The notes beneath the pieces were generated by a model. That model was given only the letters and a program-made list of their open reading frames with translations. It was not told the DNA's origin and searched no databases. From a virus (taxonomy: Duplodnaviria > Caudoviricetes), in IMG/VR virus record IMGVR_UViG_3300032092_000034, positions 1 through 56,587 of that record: a stretch of DNA of 56,587 nt; one strand, written 5' to 3'. Shown piece by piece: positions 34,674 to 46,900 of this stretch. Both the position numbers and the translations under genes were made by a program. The stretch's first letter is position 1, and each line of letters opens with the position of its first letter.

Positions 34674-36251
34674 GTGGAAATCGTGAACAACATAGCTGTG
34701 CGTTTTGAATGTCCTACCGACATTGCACAGACGATAAAAAGCTACATTGAACGTAGCGAAGTGCTGGAAGAAAAGAACGGCATCGCTGACGTAGTAGTGC
34801 ATTGGGGGCTTGATGAGATGCAACGTCTCTCATACCTTACCCCATCCGCTATAAAAGTTCCATCACCTATCGAGCGAGACTACGCCTGGCCCGGTATGTT
34901 TCAGCCATTCGATCATCAAAGAGATACTTCACGGTTCCTGACCCTTAACAAACGCGCTTTCTGTTTCAACGAAGCGGGTACAGGTAAAACATCTGCGGCT
35001 ATATGGGCGTCTGACTATTTAATGAATCAGGGTATCGTGAAACGTGTGTTAGTGGTTTGCCCTCTGTCCATCATGCAGTCTGCATGGCAAGCTGACCTAT
35101 TCAAAACAGCAATGCACAGAACATGCGGCATTGCCCACGGCTCTACATCAAAGCGCAAAAAGATCATCAACGGACTATATGACTTTGTCATCATCAACTA
35201 CGATGGTGTTGGTGTTATGGAGAGAGAAATTGCAGGTAAGTTTGATTTAATCATCATTGACGAAGCCAACGCATACAAGACAACGTCTACAAAACGCTGG
35301 CGCACACTGGCTAGGATACTGACCAAGGATACGTATCTTTGGATGATGACAGGAACACCTGCATCGCAGTCACCAGAGGACGCGTTTGGACTTGCCAAGC
35401 TCATAAATCCCAACGGAGTGCCACGCTATGCCTCCGCTTGGAAAGACACCGTGATGCGCCAAATAACCAAGTTTAAGTGGGTTCCAAAACCTGACGCACA
35501 AGACACGGTATATAAGGCGCTTCAGCCTGCAATCAGGTATGAAAAGTCGCAGTGTCTTGACCTTCCAGAAGTTATTTACCAGACGCGTATTGTGCCGCTC
35601 ACGCCCCAAGCGATGAAGTATTACCGAGAACTTCTTAAAGAGATGCAGATACAAGCGGCTGGAGAGACAATCAGCACAGTCAATGCCGCCGCTTCACTTA
35701 GCCGTTTGCTTCAATTGTCAGGCGGGGCTGTGTACACGGATGATGGCAACGTAGTTGAGTTTGACGTCCAACCTCGATTGTCAGTCCTGCATGAAGTGCT
35801 TGATGAGTCGCCGCATAAAGTGATTGTGTTTGTACCGTACAAACATACGTTGACTCTCGTAAAAGCTTACTTGGATAAGAATAACGTCAGCAACGCAATT
35901 ATTTCTGGAGACGTTACTGCAAACAATCGGTCAGCCATATTCAACTCATTTCAAACGACGGCACACCCCCGAGTTTTGTTGATTCAGCCACAAGCCGCAT
36001 CCCACGGGGTTACCCTAACTGCCGCTGACACAGTAGTATTTTGGTCTCCAGTAATGTCCGTAGAAACATATTTACAGTGTATTGCACGTATTGATCGGGT
36101 AGGACAGAAAAACAAAATGACAGTAATCCACCTCCAAGGGTCTGAGGTGGAGCGGCGCATGTATGCAATGCTTCAAAACAAAGTAGACATGCACGAACAA
36201 TTAGTAGACCTGTATCGGGAAGAGATAGAAGAAGGAGAAATCAATGAATGA
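34674..36251 (+). CDS. SNF2-family (SF2) helicase
   Basis: EAGTGKT, IIIDEA, MTGTP, QCIARIDRVGQ. Confidence 0.9.
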   Translation: MEIVNNIAVRFECPTDIAQTIKSYIERSEVLEEKNGIADVVVHWGLDEMQRLSYLTPSAIKVPSPIERDYAWPGMFQPFDHQRDTSRFLTLNKRAFCFNEAGTGKTSAAIWASDYLMNQGIVKRVLVVCPLSIMQSAWQADLFKTAMHRTCGIAHGSTSKRKKIINGLYDFVIINYDGVGVMEREIAGKFDLIIIDEANAYKTTSTKRWRTLARILTKDTYLWMMTGTPASQSPEDAFGLAKLINPNGVPRYASAWKDTVMRQITKFKWVPKPDAQDTVYKALQPAIRYEKSQCLDLPEVIYQTRIVPLTPQAMKYYRELLKEMQIQAAGETISTVNAAASLSRLLQLSGGAVYTDDGNVVEFDVQPRLSVLHEVLDESPHKVIVFVPYKHTLTLVKAYLDKNNVSNAIISGDVTANNRSAIFNSFQTTAHPRVLLIQPQAASHGVTLTAADTVVFWSPVMSVETYLQCIARIDRVGQKNKMTVIHLQGSEVERRMYAMLQNKVDMHEQLVDLYREEIEEGEINE

Positions 36252-36657
36252 CACAGATGCGTTAGTAGAAACCTATTTGACAATTCGGCGCAAACGTGAG
36301 AACCTGAAAGCTGAGTACGAATCACAAGATGAAGAACTCAAAGAAGATATGTCGCGCTTAGAACAAGCGTTGCTCGCAATTTGTAATGAGGCTAATGTTA
36401 ATGGACTTAAAACAGTACATGGCACTGTCACAAGGACAGTCAAGGAAAGATTTTTTTGCACTGATTGGGATCACTTCAGAGAGTTTGTCGAGGCAGAAGG
36501 CTCGATTGATTTACTTGAACGCCGCATCCATCAACGCAATTTCAAAGAATTCATGAACGGACGTGACTCTAAAGGGTTACCCCCCGGCGTGAATGCCCTG
36601 CGCGAGTTTGATATAACAGTGCGCAAGGCTAGTTCAACCAGTGATAGTTTAGTTTAA
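36244..36657 (+). CDS. conserved replication-module protein
   Basis: Coiled coil then KTVHGTV, DWD, LLERRIHQ, LPPGVN. Confidence 0.75.
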   Translation: MNDTDALVETYLTIRRKRENLKAEYESQDEELKEDMSRLEQALLAICNEANVNGLKTVHGTVTRTVKERFFCTDWDHFREFVEAEGSIDLLERRIHQRNFKEFMNGRDSKGLPPGVNALREFDITVRKASSTSDSLV

Positions 36658-36671
36658 GGAAAAAATAAATC

Positions 36672-37511
36672 ATGAGTAATGATCTCGCATCCATCATGCA
36701 GTCGTCCGACCTCGTTGAGCTTGGACTTGATGAAGACACCCTTGCTGTTGCAGGGGGAGCAACAAAAGGCAATAAGCGCATTTCAATTGAAGGGCGTGTG
36801 TTCCGCAAAATTGTTGGCGGTAAAGAGCAAAGTGTTAACACTGATATTTCTATGAATGTCGTGTTTGTGAAGATGGCGCATGACGCATCACGTACGTACT
36901 ATAGTCAGACATACAAGAAGGGTGTAAAGATTGCGCCTACTTGCTGGTCTAGCGACTCTAAGACGCCTGACGTAGATGTGAAAGAGCCACCCGCATCAAC
37001 CTGCGCTGATTGCCCTAACTCTGTAAAGGGTTCAGGTCAAGGCGGTATGGGCGCGGCGTGTCGTCTGTCTTGGCGCACTGCCGTTGTATTGCCTAATGAC
37101 CCCGCTGGTGATATCTATCAGTTGGTGTTGCCAGCCACTTCAGCGTTTGGCAAAGAAGAAAATGGTCGTTGGCCTTTCCGTCCCTATATCCAGATGCTTG
37201 CGAACAACAATGTGTCTGCTGGGCGCGTTGTGACCAAGATGGAGTTTGATACCAACTCTTCTACACCTAAATTGCTGTTCTCTCCACAGTCAGCAGTGCC
37301 ACCTGATGTTCGTGAAATCATTGCACGTCAGAGCAAGTCACCTGCCGCTGAGAACGCAGTCAAGTTGACCGTGTTCAAGACGGATGAAATCGCTGAAGCT
37401 GAAGCCCCTGCGCAGGCTGTACCTGAGCCAACAAAGCGCGAGACTACAAAAGTCGCCCCTGCCAAGGCAGAGGAAGTCAATGACGTCTTGAAGAAGTGGT
37501 CTAAGAAGTAA
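36672..37511 (+). CDS. putative single-stranded DNA-binding protein
   Basis: Replication cluster; RISI, CWS...CxxC...C zinc motif, low-complexity tail. Confidence 0.6.
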   Translation: MSNDLASIMQSSDLVELGLDEDTLAVAGGATKGNKRISIEGRVFRKIVGGKEQSVNTDISMNVVFVKMAHDASRTYYSQTYKKGVKIAPTCWSSDSKTPDVDVKEPPASTCADCPNSVKGSGQGGMGAACRLSWRTAVVLPNDPAGDIYQLVLPATSAFGKEENGRWPFRPYIQMLANNNVSAGRVVTKMEFDTNSSTPKLLFSPQSAVPPDVREIIARQSKSPAAENAVKLTVFKTDEIAEAEAPAQAVPEPTKRETTKVAPAKAEEVNDVLKKWSKK

Positions 37512-37849
37512 TGAGCAGAGGATATAGCCCCGAGTTATTGGACTTGATTGATAACACAAAGGTGTATCGGCTAGGAACTGATCTTGCGAAAGCCTGCATC
37601 AATGCCAACCTCCCAGCCGTATACGTAGCGCAAGTGTTTGAAGTTACCAGAGCAACCATCCACACATGGTTTAGAGGCGGGGCTATACGTCCAAGGAAAC
37701 GTCCAAGGATTGAAACATTTATCTCTCTTGTAGAGGAGGATTTGAAAAAAGGTATTCTGCCGTGCAGAAACCTACGTGATGCTAAAAAGTATTTGAGAGA
37801 TATGGTTGGTCGTCCTATCAAGTCTACTTTAGAACACGAAGCGAGCTGA
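37511..37849 (+). CDS. HTH DNA-binding protein
   Basis: VAQVFEVTRATIHTWFRG. Confidence 0.75.
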   Translation: MSRGYSPELLDLIDNTKVYRLGTDLAKACINANLPAVYVAQVFEVTRATIHTWFRGGAIRPRKRPRIETFISLVEEDLKKGILPCRNLRDAKKYLRDMVGRPIKSTLEHEAS

Positions 37850-37868
37850 ATAAGCTATTCCATTTGTT

Positions 37869-37893
37869 GGCGGGGTAACTCCCCGCCGTTTTT
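37869..37893 (+). terminator. terminator-like hairpin ahead of primase gene
   Basis: GGCGGGG-TAACT-CCCCGCC-GTTTTT. Confidence 0.6.
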
Positions 37894-37905
37894 GTCTCTG
37901 CGACC

Positions 37906-40755
37906 ATGAATAAACAATTTTTTGAGAAAGTATTGCCAACGCAGGGCAACATTTGTGTAGTAGGTATAAAAGATAAGAGCGTAAAGCCACGGTTTGTTGA
38001 TGACATTGATAGCGCCATTGAGCAGATGGTAGCTTTTGACAAAGACAACTACAACACATTCTTTGCACTGGGGACATTTGAGGGGTACGAACGTAAGGCG
38101 GCAGGTTGTATTTTCATGCGCGCTTTCTTCGTTGATTTAGATTGCGGCGAGGGGAAGCCGTATGCGGAGTGGGAAGATGGGTTAATTGCGTTACACAAGT
38201 TTGTAGACAACACTGACTTACCTACACCGATTATTGTCAACTCTGGGCGCGGTATACACGCTTACTGGCCTTTTGATGATGAAGTACTTGCCGAAGATTG
38301 GAAGCCATACGCTGAAAAGTTCAAGACATTTTGTCTTGACAACGAACTGCACATTGATGAGACAGTCACAGCGGACTTGGCGCGGGTTCTTAGAGTACCG
38401 GGGTCTCGCAATCTGAAGGGTGAGGCGTTACCTGTTGCAGTAATTCAGGACGCTGAACCTACATCGTTTGAGTATTGGACTGAACGCCTTGGCGCAGTTG
38501 AGTTGCCATTTGACCTAAAGAAGGTTGAAAAGGGTCTCGACCCTGATACCAAAGCCATTTACGAAAAGCGTAACGACAATTTTGAATATGACTTCATGCG
38601 CATTGCGCAAATGAGTTTAGAAGGGAACGGTTGTGGACAAATTAAATACATTCTCGAAAACGCCGCTAGTTGTCCAGAGCCGATCTGGTACGCTGGAATA
38701 TCTGTCGCCTCTCGGTGTCGTGATGGCAGTACTGCCATACATATCATGTCCGAAGACCACCCAAAATATTCTTGGGAAGAGACTGAACGAAAATCCGCTC
38801 AATCCCTTGAAGTTGATTGGTCATTCAGTTGTGATGCCTTTGAGAAAACCAACGCAGGAGGATGCAAAGGATGCGCCTACGCCGGAAAGTTCGGAAAACG
38901 TGGGCCTATCGAGCTTGGCAAAATCCTTAGAACCGCACAACAGCCCATTGACAGAGAGCCTGATGAACAACAAACAGATACGCAGGAACCAATTCGGGTC
39001 GAAGCGCATACCGAAAAAATTCCTTTCTTCCCCGACGCCCTTTATCCCTTCTCTAGAGGAGTCAACGGAGGAATCTATTTCCAGCCATCTCCCAGAGCAA
39101 CAAAAAAAGGAATGGTTCAAGACCCCCCAGAAATGATTTCTGCCGTGGACTTTTTCCCAACACAAAGGGTATTTAGTCCGCACGATGGGGAATGTCTGGT
39201 GATGCGGGCGGTACTACCAATAGACCCAACCCGTGAATTTTTACTACCACTTAAAGATGTAGGAGCAGTGGATAGGCTGAAGTCTTCGCTTTTATTTCAA
39301 GGCATCAACTTTGACCAACGACATGCTCCGATGGTGTCGAGCTACATCACGAAGTGGATGGATTTTTTAATGCAAACACAAAGGGCAAGTATCATGAGAA
39401 TGCAACAAGGTTGGACAGAAAACAATGAATCGTTTGTACTGGGAACGACAGAGTACATGGCAGATGGTGAAGAACGCTACTGCCCACCTTCCCCGATGGC
39501 GAAGAATGTTGTAAAAAATATTGAACAGAAAGGCACATTTGACGAGTGGAAGAAAGCCATTCAGATGTTCAATGACCCCGGATATGAGTACCATGCCTTC
39601 GCTGTATTGTGCGGCTTGGCTTCCCCGTTGATGCAGTTCACCAATGTCAACGGCGCTATCTATTCTTTGTTTGGTGAAGCTGGTAACGGCAAGACTGGCG
39701 CGTTGAACGGCGCATTGAGCATTTGGGGTAACTGCGAGAACTTGGCTGTATTTGACGCAACGCAGAACGCCCTTATGCAGAGGATGATTACCTGCAAAAA
39801 CATTTTGTTTGGTATGGATGAGCAGTCAAACACAGACGGTAAGGTTGTTTCACATGTGGCGTACAACGTCTCATCTGGTGCGCCAAAGTTACGGCTTCAG
39901 GCTTCGGTGAATCAAGAACGTGAGATGTCGTTTGTTACAAACCTGTTGGCAATCATTACTACAAACACTCCGCTCAAGGACATCATTGCGCTATACAAAG
40001 CAAACACCAACCCAGAAGATGTACGGATTATTGAACCAGAAGTTCCACGTCCATCAGAACTGGGCTACGAGTTGAACATGGCGCGCGGTCTGTTGATGTT
40101 TGAACCATTGAAGTTTAACTACGGCTTTGCCGGCCCTGTCTACGTCAAGGACTTGTATAAACAAACTCTACCTGAAATCAAAAAGCGCATCCGTAACGAG
40201 TACCTTGATTACAGCCGCGCCTATACAGACAACGCTGAGTACCGATTCATCGCCAACGTACTGGCAGTGACAAGGGTAGCGGGAGAGGATGGCAACAGAC
40301 TTGGCCTGTTTAATTTTGATCTAGACCGCATCATCGGCGTGGTAGGGCAGGGCATCATGGACACGATTAACGGTAAGTCTAAGGACAAGACCAGCGCATA
40401 CGAAGACATTCTTGGTGACTTCATCAATAAGTACATTCAATCTGCGTTAGTCATCAAAGACGGTCGTACATCAACCGAGCCGAAACAGGCGCTATACATC
40501 CGTGCCGAAGTCGATGAGGGAAAGATCTACATCTCTACATCTGCCATGAAGACGTATCTTAAAGATATCAAGTTAGGAGTAAGGGAGTTTGAATCCAATC
40601 TGACGAGGCGCGGTACGCTCAAGAGCAAGATACGCAAGCAGATGGCTTCAGGGTGGAAGGATGCGTTTGGCACAACAAACATCCAAGCTTACGAGTTTGA
40701 AATGGATATGACCCACCTCTTCCCAGTAAATGAAGAAGCTGTCGTCAGCGAGTAA
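37906..40755 (+). CDS. primase (AEP/RepB-like) fused to DUF927/helicase
   Basis: FVDLD, SGRGIHAYW, RVLRVPGS; Cys cluster; Walker A GEAGNGKT, Walker B MDE. Confidence 0.85.
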   Translation: MNKQFFEKVLPTQGNICVVGIKDKSVKPRFVDDIDSAIEQMVAFDKDNYNTFFALGTFEGYERKAAGCIFMRAFFVDLDCGEGKPYAEWEDGLIALHKFVDNTDLPTPIIVNSGRGIHAYWPFDDEVLAEDWKPYAEKFKTFCLDNELHIDETVTADLARVLRVPGSRNLKGEALPVAVIQDAEPTSFEYWTERLGAVELPFDLKKVEKGLDPDTKAIYEKRNDNFEYDFMRIAQMSLEGNGCGQIKYILENAASCPEPIWYAGISVASRCRDGSTAIHIMSEDHPKYSWEETERKSAQSLEVDWSFSCDAFEKTNAGGCKGCAYAGKFGKRGPIELGKILRTAQQPIDREPDEQQTDTQEPIRVEAHTEKIPFFPDALYPFSRGVNGGIYFQPSPRATKKGMVQDPPEMISAVDFFPTQRVFSPHDGECLVMRAVLPIDPTREFLLPLKDVGAVDRLKSSLLFQGINFDQRHAPMVSSYITKWMDFLMQTQRASIMRMQQGWTENNESFVLGTTEYMADGEERYCPPSPMAKNVVKNIEQKGTFDEWKKAIQMFNDPGYEYHAFAVLCGLASPLMQFTNVNGAIYSLFGEAGNGKTGALNGALSIWGNCENLAVFDATQNALMQRMITCKNILFGMDEQSNTDGKVVSHVAYNVSSGAPKLRLQASVNQEREMSFVTNLLAIITTNTPLKDIIALYKANTNPEDVRIIEPEVPRPSELGYELNMARGLLMFEPLKFNYGFAGPVYVKDLYKQTLPEIKKRIRNEYLDYSRAYTDNAEYRFIANVLAVTRVAGEDGNRLGLFNFDLDRIIGVVGQGIMDTINGKSKDKTSAYEDILGDFINKYIQSALVIKDGRTSTEPKQALYIRAEVDEGKIYISTSAMKTYLKDIKLGVREFESNLTRRGTLKSKIRKQMASGWKDAFGTTNIQAYEFEMDMTHLFPVNEEAVVSE

Positions 40756-40951
40756 GCCCTACGACGAGCCAGTATGGTTGTTCCCCTATCCAGCGATGCT
40801 GGTGGGGGATAGCTTCTTTATACCGACTATGAAGCCTGCGTACTTGACGTATGCGGCTGATAACGCCGCAAAGAAAAGTGAAGTGAAAGTAAAAATACAC
40901 ACCGTCACTGAAGACGGTGTTCTTGGTATACGTGTTTGGCGCGTGTCTTAG
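40730..40951 (+). CDS. small hypothetical protein
   Basis: FPY..MLVGDSFFIP...GIRVWRV; last plus-strand gene. Confidence 0.7.
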   Translation: MKKLSSASKPYDEPVWLFPYPAMLVGDSFFIPTMKPAYLTYAADNAAKKSEVKVKIHTVTEDGVLGIRVWRVS

Positions 40952-43900
40952 GGTTTGACGTCAAGCGTATCAAAGGCTTCAACGAGTCTGTGTTTAACCA
41001 AGCTTGACATGTCGTTAAGCTGTTTGAGCTGTTCTTTGCGCTCCATGATGGTTAAATCTTTATTTGCGCGAACTTGATTTGCCATAGTACGAATATTGCG
41101 TAGTGTCCCATTTACTTGCATGTTGTAGAACTGTACAGCAGAATAGGCATTGGGGTTGTCCTCCATAAATTTTTCCAATTGCTCTGGGCGGTCTCTAAGC
41201 GAATTGATGCGCTGCTCCATCTTCTTGACTTGCTTCTCAATGCTACTAAATTCACGGGCATCAATGTTTGATTTAGACCCAATAAAGCTACTGAGGAACA
41301 CCATGTCGTTCTTTGGATCAAACTCTTTTGCCCCAGCCACAGTCAAGCCTACGTTTGTCGCACTTGAAGCCATCTTTGCAATACCGTCAAAGTAGTTGCT
41401 GGCAAAAAAGTACATTGTGTTTGGACTCCAATCCACCGCGCCATTAGTTGCATCAAACAATTCTCTAGCGGCTTTCTTGTACATCTCAGGAATGTTATCC
41501 CCACCAGTGTACGCATCGCCAAACCGCGACTGACGATTGTTATATATCTGACGCCCCAGACCATCCAAGTTCATCACATACTCAAAGAACGGACGGAATG
41601 CAGATGGCGTTACTGAGTCCATTGCAAACGCTGGGAAGTTGTCTATTGGACTGATGCGCGATACCGGCAGCGGCATGAATGAGTCAGCTCCTGTAACCAC
41701 GATGTTTCCAAACGCGTCAAGTAGAGACGTCCTGCCAGATGCAACAGACGCTATCTGCGCGCCAGCAGATGCAAATGCGCCAAGACCAAAGCCCCAAGGG
41801 ATCTGAATAATTATGTCTGTGCCGGGTATATGGAATCGCGCATAGCGAGTCCAACGTGCCATATCGTCCGTGACGACTTTGTTGCGACCTAAGTCATCAT
41901 CCTCTGCCATCATCAACGCCATATAGTACATAGCTACGCCTGTACCAATTAGTCCTGTGGACATATACCGCGCATTAGTTTGGCGTTGTTTAAGTTCTTT
42001 TACGGCGTTGTCAATCTGCTCTTCAGTACGACCCTGCGCAGCAGCTTCTTCTCTAAAGTTTGCTTCGTTAAAACCAAACGCTGGAGCCAACGCTTCAATC
42101 GCTCTAACTGCGCCTGTGGCAGCTGGACGGAAGAACATAAACAATGCGCCAGCACCCTTGCCCCAACGACCGACCTGCTCAAAGTTGGCTAGGTTCTTGG
42201 CATACTCAACTGCTTGAGACTTAGCGTCAGCCAGCGCATCAGCATCGTTTTTAAATTTACCGCTTGATTTATTCTCGGCAAAGAATTGATCCTTCAACAT
42301 ACGATACGTAGCAGCACGGCTAGACAATTCAAACATGTCGTTATAGATGTCAATGAACTTGTCTACCTGATCTTTCTTTTGCAGGATGCCACTGCGTCCA
42401 ACTTCTTTTATCAGTCCATCAAGCGCACCCTTGGCAGCAAGACCTTGCAGGTATGACACCTTGCCACCTAACTGTATATAGTCAAGCAGGTCAGCGTAGT
42501 ATTGGTCTTTGGCGGCAAGCTCTTTTAGTTTGTCAAATTTACCGTTCGCATACAGGTTAGAAAACTTAATTGACTTGTACATGCCACCACCAGCCACATC
42601 CGCAGCAACAGCAGTCAGCAACTGCCCAGCTTTGGTTGGGCCAAATTCAGCACCAAGCGTAAAGGCATTAGTCAACGCATCGCGCACAAAGTTCATTGGC
42701 GCAAACGCTGGGTTATACCGTGTGTGCATTTGCCCGATACCACTTGTAATTGCGTTAGCAATCTCGATTAATGGTTGCGTTGTTCTGTATGAACGTCGAA
42801 TAGCTTCGCGTTGTTTTGGATCATTCAGTTCAATGATGTCTACTGTTCCATCGGCGTTGTAATGGAATATTTTGTTGTCTCCGCCAATGTCTTTCTTTTC
42901 AACATTGTTTAGGAAACGATCTTCAAACTTAATAGGGTCTTTGCTGACTTTACCAATAAGTAATTTGTCTCTTACAGCATTCTTAATTGACAGAGTCAAG
43001 TCTTTACGTCCAGCACGCATAGCAGCAGACGCACCATCCGCAAGGGATTGGAGTAATGGATTCTCAGACTCTGACTCTCGACCACTAAAAGGATTTTGGC
43101 CTTCCTGCAAGTCACCGCCAATACGTCGTGAATCAATGTTGAACTCTTCGTCAATCTGCCTAAAGCCGGGACGTCCTTTGAACGGCACATAGTTTTGGAA
43201 GTTATAGAAGTCAATTACGTTTGACGCAGGTTGAGAGTGGTAGTTAGCCATCTTGTTCAGTGTCTGTGTCAGTTGATTGACTTTACGCAGGGATTCCACC
43301 ACCGCATCAACTTCTTTTTCTGTCTCGGGTGTTACGCGCTCTTTAAGGATTGCTGCAATTTGTCGCGGTGTACGGTTTGCAATGACGTTGTACATTGCAT
43401 TGTTTTGGTTAAACATTTCAGGCGCAGTTGGTTTACCGTTTATCTGTTTTGCATGAAATGTCTTATCGTCAACAACTTGATCCAGCATGGCGCGTAGGTC
43501 AAGCGCGCGCTCTTTGCGCTTTTGATCCAACTCGTTGATTTGGTCCTGCGTCATGTCTTCTGTGACTGCGTAAGACGGTTGCGCCAACTCACGCATTATT
43601 GCTTCTCTAAAACCTTCAGCAGAATATTCTTTGCCTTCAAACTTAATACGCTTGCTATCATTTTCAAGCGGCACTGTCTTTATGTATTTGACCCGACGAC
43701 GTTCAGGCTCGTGACGCGCTTCCAAAATAATGTGCAGGCGTGCAAGTGCTTCTTTGATTGTCAGACCAGATTTTTTCGCATACGCTTCTACCGCAGCATG
43801 AGTTTCTTCAGTTGCATTACGTAGATACTCGTCATACAAATTGACAGCCATACCAGCAGAACGCGTAATTTGCCCATACACATTGTTCAGATCAGGCCCA

Positions 43901-46900
43901 ATACGTTTGAGTAAACCAAACAATTTTGCACGGTCTTCTGCTACTTTAATTGGGTAGCGTTCGTTTTGGAACATAGTAGCTGCCCAATGCCCACCTCTTT
44001 TAGTGAACAAATTACTCAAGAACGACTTGGCGGTATGTTCTTTTAGCTGGACTTCAGACTCAGCTTGTGCCGCAAGTTGTTCATCTGATAGATTTGACTC
44101 GTCGTATGTCTCCGCCTTTTTTGTTTCAGTAGGCAGGGGAGCCATTTGGACGCCGCCCTTTGGAGCAGACATGACGTATTCAAATGCGCCAAAGGTTTCA
44201 ATTAGCGCATTGCGCTCTCCAACAGTATCTGGAATGCCAAGTACTTGGGCAACAGCTTTTACAAAATTAGACCATGCATCTTTGACTTGACCCCATAATG
44301 AAGCACTAGCTGGGATCTGTATGCGTTGTAATTCTTTTTGAAATGCACGGTCAGTCACAGCATAGGCTACAAACTCATACACGTTCTTGTATGCAGCAGG
44401 GTACTTTTGCGCCAAGAGAGGCTGTGTTTTACCCATCAAGTAATCAAGATGCACTGCGCCGTCTTCTTGTTTTTGAGATAACTTACCCGTGCTTTCTTCA
44501 AAACTGTTTAACACGCGTATGGTCCCGGCGTGCGCAAACTCATGTAGTAAGACAGTCTCTGTCTGTCCTTCTTTGGTCACCCGGACAGTATCCGTTTGAG
44601 GGTCGTACTCCGCAGGGCGATTGTTTTGTAATCCTTTTACGATTTCAACTTTTGTATCTAGTTTAAGTTTGTAAAGCGCCTGTGCAATAGCTCTATGTAC
44701 GGGGTCTTGCGCAGAAGTACGTAAGTAGTTTAGGAAAGCTGTGGCGTTATTCTTATCAAGCTGTTCTTCAACAAACTTTGGTAGTGGTTTAGTCTTAGGC
44801 ACGCCTTCAGGTTGGATGTCCTGCGTTTCAGCTAAGTAACCAGACAATCTTTCAGCCGCAAGGTCATGTTCAGGCTGATTATTAGTCGCTAAACCTTCAA
44901 AGTAAACCTGTTTTTCTTCAGGCGACAACGCGCCAAACTCAGGCAGGTGTAGCCGCGCATCGGGTTCAATACCGTTGTGGTATTCCCGTGTGTCTTCGTA
45001 CATCTCCTGTTGTTCAGGAGTTATTTCTTGTTCTCGCGTTTCTGGAACACCACTAGGCTTTCCTTTGGTTACTATTGAATTAAATAATTCATTCTTGTCG
45101 TTTATTTCTTTTATCAATTCTTCGTCGGTAAGCGCCGCTGCTCTAGAAGGAGGCAAAAGATATGATTGTTCATCGCCGTCAGAGTATTTAGCCGCAATAA
45201 CAGTCCAACCACCTTCGCCCCGCACAACTTTGTATTCAGTATTTTTGTTGTAAGCAGGTTCATCAAAGTATTCGGGAATAGTAACAGTAGCTGTGTACAT
45301 TTCTCCCGGCTGATCTTTTGCCGCATCAATTTTTGCCTGCGCTTCAATATGACCAAGATTTGTAGTTTCTTCTACGCTTTTTTTATTTAACTCTTCTACA
45401 GGCGCTTCAGATTCTATTTTTTCTCCTGTAATAGGGTGTACAAAAGAAAAATCTTCTTCGTCTGCGTCAATTGGAAGGGATTCATCTACTGGAGCTTGTT
45501 GCGTTCCTTCTCCTGCAACAGGTTGCACAACATCCTGTCTAGGAGGAACCACTCCAGATCCGTCAGGTTCTCCAAGTCCTTCGGTGGGTACGACTGTATC
45601 GGGCTGTTGAGCCACTGGAACGCTTGTTCCACCTGCTGTGGTGTCAGTTGGTACAACATCTGGCGCTCCTTTCTGAGCTGCTTGTAGAGTCTCAATTTGG
45701 GTTTTGACGCGTCTTTGCTTATTTCTTTTACCACTTAACGCGCCTTGTTCTGCTTGAGTAATAGTGCCATCTTGCTTCTTTGCTTCAAGTACCTTAATCT
45801 CTTCAGTTCGTTTATTAAAGTCTTGTACAAGCAAATCAACTTCCGTAGCTGGCGCACCAGCAGGCATGGCAACGGGCGTACCTTCAGGAGAGATTTCAAA
45901 ACCGGATACAGTGCGCTGCGCTGTAGTAGGCGCAAGTTCAGGCTCTGGACCTAGGTCAGTACCCGTAGGCACTTCAACATCTGCCAACCCTTTGGTTTGG
46001 ATCTTTTGCGCTTCGGCCTCAGGCCCTTTGCCAAGTGCTACGTCTGCAACGCCAGTAATAGCGCCACCACCAAGACCGCCCTTGAGTCCAGCATTGATAA
46101 ACCGTTCAAAATTCTTCGGGGTGAAAAACTCTTGGTTTTGGTCAACAAAATTTTCAGCAGCAGCACTCGATACTTCTTGCAACGCTTCAGTACCGCCTTC
46201 AGTCACAAAGCCTTTGGCTACGCCCGTGCCTGCACGTTTATACCAAGCCGCACCCAATTCTTCAGGGCCGATTCCAGACAACTTTGCTTTGCGTAATAGA
46301 CTTATAGGTAACGCAGCGTCCAACACGGCGTTAAAGCCACCAAACGCAATTGCCGTACCAATATCTTGTTTGCCTGTGGCTTCATAAATGTTCTGATAAA
46401 CATCGGGTATGTTCTGCGCCGCAGAGCCAACCAACGCGCCACCTGCTTCATACTTTAGTGCAGTCTGCCGTGCAGCTTGAATACCCGCTTGCGTCGCAGC
46501 TTGCTTTAATTCTTCACCTACCAGCCCTTTGGCGGCTTGATTCAGCACAGCTTTCTCAGCAGCAGACTGCGCCGCCGCTACTGCACCACGCCCTAAAACA
46601 GATGCTGCGCCGCCAGTGAACAAACTTGGTATGAGAGAGGGCAGGGCTTCTCCAACTGCTTCCTTGGCGTATGTAAGCGCATCCCCTACACCTGTGATGT
46701 CGGTATACGATGCTATTTCAGCTGGATATTTTTTTGCTATTTCTTCTTGGGTCTTTGCAGCCTCTTGCATCTGCTGCGCGGCGTACTCATCTGCGCCAAC
46801 TGCTTTACCAACCATAGCAGGCAGGATATCCCCAAGCAGCATACCGGTTTGCGCTGCGCCACGTTTGATGGACGGAATGAAGCCAGTTTCCGGTTTCTTT

